A DNA stretch of 64,000 bases, taken from the NCBI GenBank assembly GCA_965219325.1, contig OZ244723.1:1981803-2045802 (forward strand), read 5' to 3'. Origin of the DNA: Dehalococcoidia bacterium. GTDB lineage: Bacteria; Chloroflexota; Dehalococcoidia; Lucifugimonadales; UBA2962. A program made the position numbers and the translations under genes. Positions 39,482 through 48,134 of the stretch are shown here, in pieces (position 1 is the first letter of the stretch; every line of letters starts with the position of its first letter). Below the pieces are notes generated by a model. The model was given only the letters and a program-made list of their open reading frames with translations, ran no database searches and was not told the DNA's origin.

Positions 39482-41758
39482 TTGAAGATCCCGTTTCGAA
39501 TCCCGACGGCATTTATGCCCGAAAAAGAGAAGGGGCAGTCCGATCAGCAGATCGGACCGCCCCGGCACCAGGTTAGTCACCCGAACCCAGACTACCAGAT
39601 GTCGACTGACGCGACACCGAAGCCGCCTCCGTCGCTGCCGCTGTTCTTCCTGATGTCGCACCTTGAGAACGACGGTCCGGTGCGGATCGACGGCGTGAAG
39701 GTCGGCGTCTGTGAGCTGATGGGCCTTGAGATCGACGGGCCGAAGCTGGGCGCGTTCGCCGGGGCGCTCAACGCCCTGGACTTCCCGCTGCAGCTCCTGG
39801 TGCGCCAGCACCCTCCGGACCTCGGCGGCCTGCGGGCAAGGCTCAGGGAGGCACAACCCGAGGACCTTCCCGAGCGGACGGGCAGGGCGGCCGAGTCGCT
39901 GCAGGGCCTGCTCACAGACCTTGAAAGCCGCGACGGCATCCTTGACCGGCGCTTCTACGCGGTCTGCCCGGCCGACCACCTCGACGACCTGTGCGGGCTG
40001 CTCGCAAGGGCGGGGCTCTCGGTCCATCCGCTAAGGGGCCGCCAACTCCGGATGCTGGTCCTGGCGTCGGCGCTGGGCGGCTCGCCGGCGGAGATGGACG
40101 AGGACGGGCCGATCGAGATCGAGGTGGGCCGCCGGGACGTCCGCATCGGCGACCGCCTCACCCGGTCGCTGCACCTCGGTCGCTGGCCGCGCAGCCTTGC
40201 GCCCGGTTTCCTGCAGGGCCTTATGGCCGCGGGCGCCCCGATGGACATCTCGATACACCTGGGGGCCATACCTGCCGAACAGGCGGCCCGGACGCTGGAG
40301 TGGCAGAAGGTGCGCTTTGAGTCCGCGCACAGCCTCTCGCTAAAGCGCGGCAGGACTATGTCGCCCGAGGCGGAGATCGCCCTCGAGGACGTTACCCGCC
40401 TCCGGGACGAGGTGCAGCGCGGGCGCGAGCGGCTGTTCCACGCATCGCTGTCGCTCAGGCTCCACGCCGATGACGAGGCTTCCCTCAAGGACATGACCCA
40501 GCGCGCGAGCGCCCACTTCGGAGCCACGCTCGGAAAACTCGACGGGCTGTCGCATCGCCAGCGCGAGGGCCTGGTCTCGGCGCTCACTCTCGGGATGAAC
40601 GCGGTAGGCGCGTGGCGGACGCTGGACACCTCGTCGGTGGCCAGGCTGTTCCCGTTCTCCCCGCCCGACATGGACACACGGAGTGGGACGCTTTACGGGA
40701 TAGACCTGCGGGCCTGCTCGCCGGTGGTCTACGACCCGTTCGACGGTACGCACCTGAACGCGAACACGGCGGTGCTGGCCCGCTCCGGGTCCGGCAAGTC
40801 GTTCTCGACCAAGCTCGGCGTGCTGCGGGGCCTGTGCCACGGGGTGATCGCGTACGTGATTGACCCCGAGGGGGAATACGCGGACATGGCTCGGGCGGCC
40901 GGGGGGCGGGTGCTGTCTCCGGGCGTTCCCGGCCAGGGGATGAACCCGTTCGTGATCGACGCGGGCGACCCCGAGGAGCTCCTTCAGCGCATAGGGAGCC
41001 TTCGGCGCCTGATCGAGGTGATGGTGGGCGAGCGCCTGAGCGCGGAGCGTCGAGCCTCGCTGGACCACTGGCTTGCGACCTACTACGCACGTCCGCGGGA
41101 GCGCACGGGGTTCCGTGACTTCTACGGCTTCCTTGAGGGAGAGGACCGGGATCTGTCGCTGCTGCTGCGGCCGTTCGCGACGGGGAGCCTTCGGCACCTG
41201 CTTAGCGACGGGGGCGACGACCTGCTCGGGAGCGAGGCGCTGGTTACGGTGTTCGACCTCCGGCTGCTGGAGCCCGAGCTGCGGCCGGCCGCGGCGATGG
41301 TGTGCACGGAGACCGTGTGGGCTGCTGCTGCCCAGAACCCGAGGCCCAGGCTGCTGGTGGTCGACGAGGTGTGGAGCATCATGCAGCACCCGGAGGGAGC
41401 GGCGTTCATGGTGAGCATGGCAAAGCGCGCGAGAAAGCACCGGCTCGGCCTCCAGTTCATCACGCAGGACGTTCAGGACCTTTTGAGCGAGGACACGTCG
41501 CGGGCGATCACGGGCCACTCGGGCAGGGCGCTTCTGCAGAACGCGGCGTTCAAGCTGCTCCTCCAGCAGGACGCGGCGGCGATCGGGACGGTGTGCGATG
41601 CGTTCGACCTTCCGGATGAGCTCGGCCGCTGGCTGCTGTCCTGTCCGCGCGGCGACGGTCTGCTGCTCGCCCGCGGCAACCGGATCCCCATTCGCATCGA
41701 GGCGACGGCGGATGAGAAGGACGTCGTCGAGTGGCGGCCAGGAGCCAACCGCGGCTAG
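39482..41758 (+). CDS. VirB4-like conjugation ATPase
   Basis: Walker A ARSGSGKS, VIDPEGEY, Walker B VVDEVW, KRARKH..L.FITQ. Confidence 0.92.
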   Translation: MKIPFRIPTAFMPEKEKGQSDQQIGPPRHQVSHPNPDYQMSTDATPKPPPSLPLFFLMSHLENDGPVRIDGVKVGVCELMGLEIDGPKLGAFAGALNALDFPLQLLVRQHPPDLGGLRARLREAQPEDLPERTGRAAESLQGLLTDLESRDGILDRRFYAVCPADHLDDLCGLLARAGLSVHPLRGRQLRMLVLASALGGSPAEMDEDGPIEIEVGRRDVRIGDRLTRSLHLGRWPRSLAPGFLQGLMAAGAPMDISIHLGAIPAEQAARTLEWQKVRFESAHSLSLKRGRTMSPEAEIALEDVTRLRDEVQRGRERLFHASLSLRLHADDEASLKDMTQRASAHFGATLGKLDGLSHRQREGLVSALTLGMNAVGAWRTLDTSSVARLFPFSPPDMDTRSGTLYGIDLRACSPVVYDPFDGTHLNANTAVLARSGSGKSFSTKLGVLRGLCHGVIAYVIDPEGEYADMARAAGGRVLSPGVPGQGMNPFVIDAGDPEELLQRIGSLRRLIEVMVGERLSAERRASLDHWLATYYARPRERTGFRDFYGFLEGEDRDLSLLLRPFATGSLRHLLSDGGDDLLGSEALVTVFDLRLLEPELRPAAAMVCTETVWAAAAQNPRPRLLVVDEVWSIMQHPEGAAFMVSMAKRARKHRLGLQFITQDVQDLLSEDTSRAITGHSGRALLQNAAFKLLLQQDAAAIGTVCDAFDLPDELGRWLLSCPRGDGLLLARGNRIPIRIEATADEKDVVEWRPGANRG

Positions 41759-41803
41759 ACGGACCGGGACCGGCCGTTCAGGCCGGCACGGGAGGAGGAC
41801 ATC

Positions 41804-44392
41804 ATGCAACCTAAGCGGCGAGGACTGATACTCGGAGGCAGCGGGCGGACCGCAGAGCCCGTCCTGCTGTCGGTCACGCCGCCGCGGACCGGGGAGCGCA
41901 CGCTGCTCGGGGTCGAGAACCTGCTCGGCTCGATAGCCGTTCCCGAGCCGTTCTCCCTGGAGATGGCCGGCGATTCGGACGGCGTCACGCTGATGGCGCG
42001 CTGCATCGACGGCGAGGTGGTCCGCGGCCAGATAGCGGTGCGGTACCCGCAGGCGCGCATAGCCGAGGTGCCGCCGCGGGACGATCCGCTGGCGCTTCGC
42101 GAGGGCGAGCGGGCATGGGGCATGACGCTGCGGTCCGGTGGTCCCGCAAATGCGCCGCTGCGCACCTTCCGGGACGAGGACCTGCTCAGCCCGGGCTCCG
42201 ACCCGCTGATGGCGATCATCGGGGCGCTCTCGTCGCTGAACGAGGGCGAGCGCATCGTCGCCCGCCTGCTGCTGCGCTCGCTCGGTCCGGACTGGGGCGC
42301 GGGCCAGCAGGCCGCCCCCGGAACGGGCGCCACGCAGGTGCCCCGCCCGGGCTCCGGGACCGAGCCGCCGGCCGGCGGCGGCCCGGAGGGCATGCGGATG
42401 GCCGTGCTCGGCATCGGCGCCCTGGTCGCGCTCAGGGGCTACTTCTGGGTCCGCGACGGCGAGATCTTGAAGGCGGCGGTGCTCGGCATCGGGGTCCTTG
42501 CGGCCGCGGCGGTCGGGGGGTGGGCGTGGTCGCGGTGGAGGGGCTCGCGCGATCGCGTGTGCGACCCCCTGCAGGTCAGGGAGAAGGTCTCGCGCATCGC
42601 CTTCGATGCCGAGGTGCAGGTGACGGCCATCCTCCCTGAGGACACCGGTCCCGGGCGGGCCGCAGAGCTCCTCGAGCCGGTGGCCGCCGCCTACCGCCAC
42701 TACGACAACCCGGCCGGGGCGCGCCTGCGCGTGGGCCGGATGCGGCCGGTCGTCCCGTCCCCGTCCCTGCATCCGTCGGGCCCGGGGCTGTTCGGGTCCA
42801 GGAGCATCCTGGGTGTGCGCGAAGCAGCGTCCCTGTGGCACCCTCCGGGGGCGAAGGACGAGACCCCGCTCGTCGCCCGGTCCGGAGCGAGGGTGCTGCT
42901 GCCCTCGTCCCGCGGCACAAGGGGCGGAGCCCACGTCGGCGACACCACATCCGGGAGCCCGCGGGAGATACGCTTCCCCCCGGACCTGCTCAGGCGCCAC
43001 CACCTGTACGTTGCGCGCACGCGGATGGGCAAGTCCACGCTCATGCGTCACATAGTCGCCCACAGGATGCGCGAGAAAGCGGAGGGCAGGGACGGGGACG
43101 CGATCGTGGTGGTCGACCCGCACGCCGACCTCGTCGAGGACCTGCTCGGGCAGGTGCCCGGCCCGCTGGCGAACCGGGTCAGGCTCATAGACCTCGCCGA
43201 CACCAGTGCGTCCGTCGGGATAAACCTGCTCGACACCAGGGTGTTCTCCGACCGGGACAGGACGGCCGACTCCGTCGTGCGCGTCGCGAGGAGCCTCTGG
43301 TGGGACCAGTGGGGCCCGCGCATGCAGTCGATCCTCGAGCACACCGTGAAGAGCCTGCACGAGGCCAACCGCTCACGGCCCGCCGACGAGCAGTACACCA
43401 TCCTCGACGCCCTCCGGATGGTCTCGAACGAGAGCTTCAGGACCGAGGTGTTCGCCGAGATGAGCGACCCGTACATCCTCGAGTGGTGGGGGAGCGTATT
43501 CGCGAAATGGAGCAGGGACTACAGCGCCGACTCCCTGGCCCCGGTGCAGACCCGCCTGTCTTACTACGCCTCATCGAAGCGGGCCAGGGCAATCCTCGGG
43601 CAGCCGCGCTCGACGATCGACCTGCGCCGGATCGTCCTCGACGGGGGCATCCTGCTGGTCTCGACCGCCCAGGGAGACGTCGGCAGGGACGTTGCGGCCC
43701 TCATAGGATCGTCGCTCCTCAACCTGGTCGATGCGGTGATACGGGAGCAGGGCAGGCTGCCGGCCGCCAGACGACGGGGCGCGCTGGTGGTGATCGACGA
43801 GATGCAGACGATGCCCGGGGTCGACTACGAGTCGATGCTCAGCGAGCTCGGCAAGTTCGGGGCATCCCTCGTCCTGGCCACCCAGAGCCTGGCGAAGCTG
43901 GCGGACCTCTCCCCGACGATGCAGGACACCGTTCTCGCCAACGTCGGGTGCCTTGCGGTCTTCCAGGTGGCGGGCGCCGACGCCCGCAGGCTGGTCTGGG
44001 AGCTGGGAACCGACAGGGTGTCAGAGGACGACATCACATCGCTCCCGGTGCACAACTGCTACGTCCGTGCGACGGTCGGAACCGACCGCATGCCCGCCTT
44101 CTCCATGGCGGTCAGGAGACCGGAGCCGGGGGACCCGGAGATCGCCGGCTACATCCGCGCCGCGACCGCAGGCTACACGCTGTCGGCGCAGGCCCTCGCG
44201 GCGGCGCGGGCGGCGATGGATGGCAAGGTGGAGGACCTACACAAGGGAGTGAACGATCTCTCCAAGGGAGAGTCGGTCCCGGCGGGCGACGCGCCCGGGC
44301 AGACCCAGCCGCGGAGCGACCGTAAGGGCTGGCGGCGGGATGCCGATGAACCCTCCGCAGGCGACGGGGGCGGAGCGTCCTCCGGGGAGTGA
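41804..44392 (+). CDS. VirD4/TraD-like type IV coupling protein
   Basis: Two TM helices; HLYV.ARTRMGKST; VVDPHAD; VIDEMQ; LATQSL. Confidence 0.9.
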   Translation: MQPKRRGLILGGSGRTAEPVLLSVTPPRTGERTLLGVENLLGSIAVPEPFSLEMAGDSDGVTLMARCIDGEVVRGQIAVRYPQARIAEVPPRDDPLALREGERAWGMTLRSGGPANAPLRTFRDEDLLSPGSDPLMAIIGALSSLNEGERIVARLLLRSLGPDWGAGQQAAPGTGATQVPRPGSGTEPPAGGGPEGMRMAVLGIGALVALRGYFWVRDGEILKAAVLGIGVLAAAAVGGWAWSRWRGSRDRVCDPLQVREKVSRIAFDAEVQVTAILPEDTGPGRAAELLEPVAAAYRHYDNPAGARLRVGRMRPVVPSPSLHPSGPGLFGSRSILGVREAASLWHPPGAKDETPLVARSGARVLLPSSRGTRGGAHVGDTTSGSPREIRFPPDLLRRHHLYVARTRMGKSTLMRHIVAHRMREKAEGRDGDAIVVVDPHADLVEDLLGQVPGPLANRVRLIDLADTSASVGINLLDTRVFSDRDRTADSVVRVARSLWWDQWGPRMQSILEHTVKSLHEANRSRPADEQYTILDALRMVSNESFRTEVFAEMSDPYILEWWGSVFAKWSRDYSADSLAPVQTRLSYYASSKRARAILGQPRSTIDLRRIVLDGGILLVSTAQGDVGRDVAALIGSSLLNLVDAVIREQGRLPAARRRGALVVIDEMQTMPGVDYESMLSELGKFGASLVLATQSLAKLADLSPTMQDTVLANVGCLAVFQVAGADARRLVWELGTDRVSEDDITSLPVHNCYVRATVGTDRMPAFSMAVRRPEPGDPEIAGYIRAATAGYTLSAQALAAARAAMDGKVEDLHKGVNDLSKGESVPAGDAPGQTQPRSDRKGWRRDADEPSAGDGGGASSGE

Positions 44393-46080
44393 ACCTCGCC
44401 GAACGCGAGGCGGACCTCCTGCGCTGGCTGGCCCGCGCCCCGCTGGCCGACCGGCTGGACCTCGTCGGTCTGACCGGCTGGTCCAGAGGCTCCGTCTACG
44501 GGGGCGTTGCCAGGCTCGCCGCCGCGGACCTGATCTCCTCGGTGCCCCACTCGTCGCCCCTCGTACCAGCCACCCGCAGGTTCCACCTTTCGGCCGCCGG
44601 ACTTCGCGCGCTGGCCAGGACCGACGGGACGGACATCGGGAGCCTGCTCGGCGCGCATCCCGTGTCACGCCGTTGGGTTCGCATCCTCCTCGAGCGGCTC
44701 GATGCGGTCGCCGTCATCTACCGCTTCGCCTCTGCAGTCTCGACTGTCGCACATCCGATCGGGCTTCGCTGGTACAGGGCGATGCCGCTGGATGCCGCCA
44801 TCTCGCTCCCCTCGGGGCGGACCGTGGGCGTCGTCAGGCAGGGATTGACCTCGGGCAGGACGGGGTTCGCCAAGCGGACCTGGAGGATGCGGCAGGGTCC
44901 CGTGCCCGCAGCCGTGTTCGTGCTCTCGCCCGATCCCGTGAGGCTGCGCCACGCGCGAAGGCTGCTGTCGGGCGGTCCCGGCATGGCGTATCTCGCGCTC
45001 GAGGGCGACGTGGCCGCGGCCGGTGCCTCCGACCGGGTGTGGCGGACTCCCGCGGGTCCGGTGGTGATGGACCTGGCAACGGCGCTCGCCCACCTGGGCA
45101 GGAGCACTGACTGGCCCGCCGAGGAGCCCCTGGCAAGGACATCCGCCCTCGGGGAGGGTGAATCCGACAGGCCAAGCCACGAGCGCCCGGATCGCCCGCG
45201 CAACTACCTGCTGCCGACGATGATCGGCCCCGCCGACAAGCAGGCGCTCGATCTCCTCTGGGACTGGCCCTGGATCACGGCCCCGCACCTGTCGGGGCTG
45301 ATGGCCGTCGAGAGTAGAACGATGTCCATACTCCTGGGCCGCCTGGGCAGGCTGGGCCTGGTGTGCCATGCCGATGCCGGAGGCCACCGTCGCCTTGCAC
45401 TGACCGACAGGGGACTCGCCCTGCTCGCTCGAAGGGACCGCATGTCCGTCGGCGCGGCGAGGAGGAGGTGGAGCGCCGAACCCGCAGATCCCGGCTCCCC
45501 CCTGACCTGGCGCAACGTCTCCGGCTCCGGCAGCAGGCAGCTCCTCCGGCACATCGAGCACACGGATGCCGTGCACTGGTTCTCGGCGGTGCTGGCACGG
45601 CAGGCGCGCGAAGCGTCATCGAAGGTGGCCCAGCTCGACCCGCCCCGCAGGGCGTCCCGGTACTTCAGCCTCGACGGCAGGCTCCACTCGGTTCGCCCCG
45701 ACGCCTTCGGGGTGCTCCGCAGGGACGGGAGGAACCTCCCGTTCTTCCTGGAGTGGGAGCGGCGGGCGGTGCGTCCGGCGACCATGGCCGCCCGGCTCGC
45801 GCCCTACCTTCGTTACTACTCCACGAGGCGTCCCGTCGACGATCACGGTACGCTGCCGTCGGTCCTTGTGGTCTTCGAGGAAGAGCTTGCGGCGGGCCAA
45901 TTCCTGCGCGTGGCCCGGGAGGACATGGGCAGGGCGGGGGTCGAAGTTCCCCTGTGGGTCTCTTGCCGGAGTGTGCTGGAGAGGGTTGGGCCGCTTGGAC
46001 CTGCGTGGAGGTGCGCTGAAGCTAGAGTTCCTGGGGACTCCTCTGCAGGTCCGGTAAGATTCCGGTTACACCCGCGGTAG
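44389..46080 (+). CDS. Replication-relaxation family protein (putative relaxase), tandem domains
   Basis: Two wHTH-nuclease-like halves; the second has HTDAVH, VRPDAFG, FFLEWER; start overlaps the VirD4 stop. Confidence 0.75.
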   Translation: MNLAEREADLLRWLARAPLADRLDLVGLTGWSRGSVYGGVARLAAADLISSVPHSSPLVPATRRFHLSAAGLRALARTDGTDIGSLLGAHPVSRRWVRILLERLDAVAVIYRFASAVSTVAHPIGLRWYRAMPLDAAISLPSGRTVGVVRQGLTSGRTGFAKRTWRMRQGPVPAAVFVLSPDPVRLRHARRLLSGGPGMAYLALEGDVAAAGASDRVWRTPAGPVVMDLATALAHLGRSTDWPAEEPLARTSALGEGESDRPSHERPDRPRNYLLPTMIGPADKQALDLLWDWPWITAPHLSGLMAVESRTMSILLGRLGRLGLVCHADAGGHRRLALTDRGLALLARRDRMSVGAARRRWSAEPADPGSPLTWRNVSGSGSRQLLRHIEHTDAVHWFSAVLARQAREASSKVAQLDPPRRASRYFSLDGRLHSVRPDAFGVLRRDGRNLPFFLEWERRAVRPATMAARLAPYLRYYSTRRPVDDHGTLPSVLVVFEEELAAGQFLRVAREDMGRAGVEVPLWVSCRSVLERVGPLGPAWRCAEARVPGDSSAGPVRFRLHPR

Positions 46081-46118
46081 GGGTTTGGCAAACGTTGGCA
46101 TTAGCTAAGATGTGGATC

Positions 46119-48068
46119 ATGAGAGTCTACGGCCTGTTGTTCGGATCCCTCCTAGCAATTGGTTGTTCCTTACCGGGCGATTCTCCTCCACAAAACGAGC
46201 CGCCGGACATCGAGGCAACGGTACAGGCGCTCGTGGCCGAGGCACTACCCACTGAAACCGCTGTGCCGACGCCGGACATCGAGGCGACGGTACAGGCGCT
46301 CGTGGCCGAGGCACTACCCACTGAAACCGCTGTGCCGACGCCAGACATCGAGGCGACGGTACAGGCGCTCGTGGCTGAGACACAGCCGACCGAGACTGCC
46401 GTCCCGACGCCGGTTCCGACACCGACGCGTTCTCACACCCCCACGCCGGTTCCAACACCAACACCCACACCCACACCTACACCGACGCCCACGCCCACGC
46501 CCACGCCGGTTCCGACGCCGACGTTGGAGACCGGCGTGACCGGTCAGCGGTTCGGCGGAGATCTTCGGATAGTCTCGCAGGGCTCGATCAGCACGCTGGA
46601 CCCGGTGTTCTCGCTCTTCTATGTGGTGAACGTGGTGGCAACCCAGATCTACGAGGGTCTGTATGGCTGGGACGGGAACTTAGAGCCACAACCTCGATTG
46701 GCCGAGTCGTTCGCGACGAACGCGGATGGGAAGGTGTACACGTTCAAGCTGCGATCGGGTATCGAGTTCCACAACGGTGACACCTTCAAGGCTTCTGACG
46801 CGGTAGCGTCGATCAACCGGTGGAGGGATGGAGGTACGCCTGCTGCGGGCATGGTGCGGCGTTTTACTTATGGCTATGCACTGCAGGCAGTGGACGACAC
46901 GACGTTTTCTTGGAGGTTCAACGAGCCCCTGGGTGCAGTGATCTTCATCCTTGGAATCCCGCACGGTTTGATGCCGATGGTTCCCGAGGAAATGGCAGCG
47001 ACGCCGTTCACGGAGCCGATGTCAGCGAACATAGGTACGGGAGCCTACAAGTTCGTCGAATGGCTGCAGGGAGACAGGGTGGTGCTTGAACGCCACGACG
47101 GGTTCCAATCCAGGAGAGAGCCGAGTTCCCCCGGTGCGTACGCGGGAGAGAACATTGCGTACCTGGACACGCTGACGTTCCTAGAGGTTGCCTGGGAAGA
47201 GACGAAGATAGCGGGTCTCGAGACCGGCAAATGGGATATGGTGGACGGAGCGGCGTTCGACTTCTTCCAGCGGCTCACGGACGACCCCGACATCGAGGTA
47301 ACGCAGTACAGGCCGGGTATCCGGTCGAACGTGTACCTGAACCCGCAGGTCCCGCCGTTCAGATACCAGAAGGGTCGCCAGGCGCTGATGACGGGAATCG
47401 ACGTAGAGGACTTCATGTTCGCGCTTGGTCCGCCCGACCTGTGGATCACGTGCCCGGCGCTATATTTTTGCGGGACCCCGCTGGAGACGGACATAGGGGC
47501 CCGGTTTGACGTTCAGCTTGCCGACGGCAGCACTGCCAGAATCGGCTACGACGTCAACAACATGGATCTTGCCCGGCAGCTCTTGGCGGAGTCGGACTAC
47601 GCCGGTGAGACTGCGGTGATCATGAACCCGACGGACTACGGCACGATCACGCCCCTGGGTCCGGTGCTCAAGTCGGCGATGGAGGACATCGGGTACGCGG
47701 TGGAGATGCCGGCCCTTGACTGGGCGACGGTGACGTCGATGTTCGGCAACACGGACTCGTACAGTCTTGCGACGGACTGGTACTCGCACTGGTGCTGCGG
47801 CAACCCGATCCAGGACCACCTGATCAGCGGTACGCTGGACTTCATCATCCGGGACGAGGAGCTGATCAACCTTCAGCTGGAGTTCGTACGCGAGACGGAT
47901 GCGGCCAAGCGATTCGAGATCGTAGAGGAGATCCAGTCCCTGCGGTGGCAGAAGGTGACATCGCTGTCGCTGGGACAGTTCTTTCCGATCGTGCCACACA
48001 CGAATGACCTGAAGGGGTTTGAGGTGAAGGCGATCCCGTTCTACGCTAACACTTGGCTGGAACGGTAG
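46119..48068 (+). CDS. Family 5 ABC substrate-binding lipoprotein with N-terminal repeats
   Basis: Lipobox LAIGC; 3x PDIEATVQ repeat; PT linker; TLDP, IYEGL, P.LAES, IGTGAYKF; no permease genes nearby. Confidence 0.88.
   Translation: MRVYGLLFGSLLAIGCSLPGDSPPQNEPPDIEATVQALVAEALPTETAVPTPDIEATVQALVAEALPTETAVPTPDIEATVQALVAETQPTETAVPTPVPTPTRSHTPTPVPTPTPTPTPTPTPTPTPTPVPTPTLETGVTGQRFGGDLRIVSQGSISTLDPVFSLFYVVNVVATQIYEGLYGWDGNLEPQPRLAESFATNADGKVYTFKLRSGIEFHNGDTFKASDAVASINRWRDGGTPAAGMVRRFTYGYALQAVDDTTFSWRFNEPLGAVIFILGIPHGLMPMVPEEMAATPFTEPMSANIGTGAYKFVEWLQGDRVVLERHDGFQSRREPSSPGAYAGENIAYLDTLTFLEVAWEETKIAGLETGKWDMVDGAAFDFFQRLTDDPDIEVTQYRPGIRSNVYLNPQVPPFRYQKGRQALMTGIDVEDFMFALGPPDLWITCPALYFCGTPLETDIGARFDVQLADGSTARIGYDVNNMDLARQLLAESDYAGETAVIMNPTDYGTITPLGPVLKSAMEDIGYAVEMPALDWATVTSMFGNTDSYSLATDWYSHWCCGNPIQDHLISGTLDFIIRDEELINLQLEFVRETDAAKRFEIVEEIQSLRWQKVTSLSLGQFFPIVPHTNDLKGFEVKAIPFYANTWLER
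46203..46409 (+). repeat. Three tandem 69-bp coding repeats (PDIEATVQALVAEALPTETAVPT)
   Basis: Units start at 46203, 46272 and 46341. Confidence 0.9.
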
Positions 48069-48134
48069 CGTCGCAGCCGCAATCGCATTGGGTGACCGGG
48101 GGCCTTGTCTCCTCACTGGCTTAAGATGTGACCC

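Noticed and set aside
40340-43360. 1006-aa ORF on the minus strand
   Set aside because: Antisense shadow of VirB4/VirD4 in high-GC DNA; Arg/Pro/Gly-rich with no motifs
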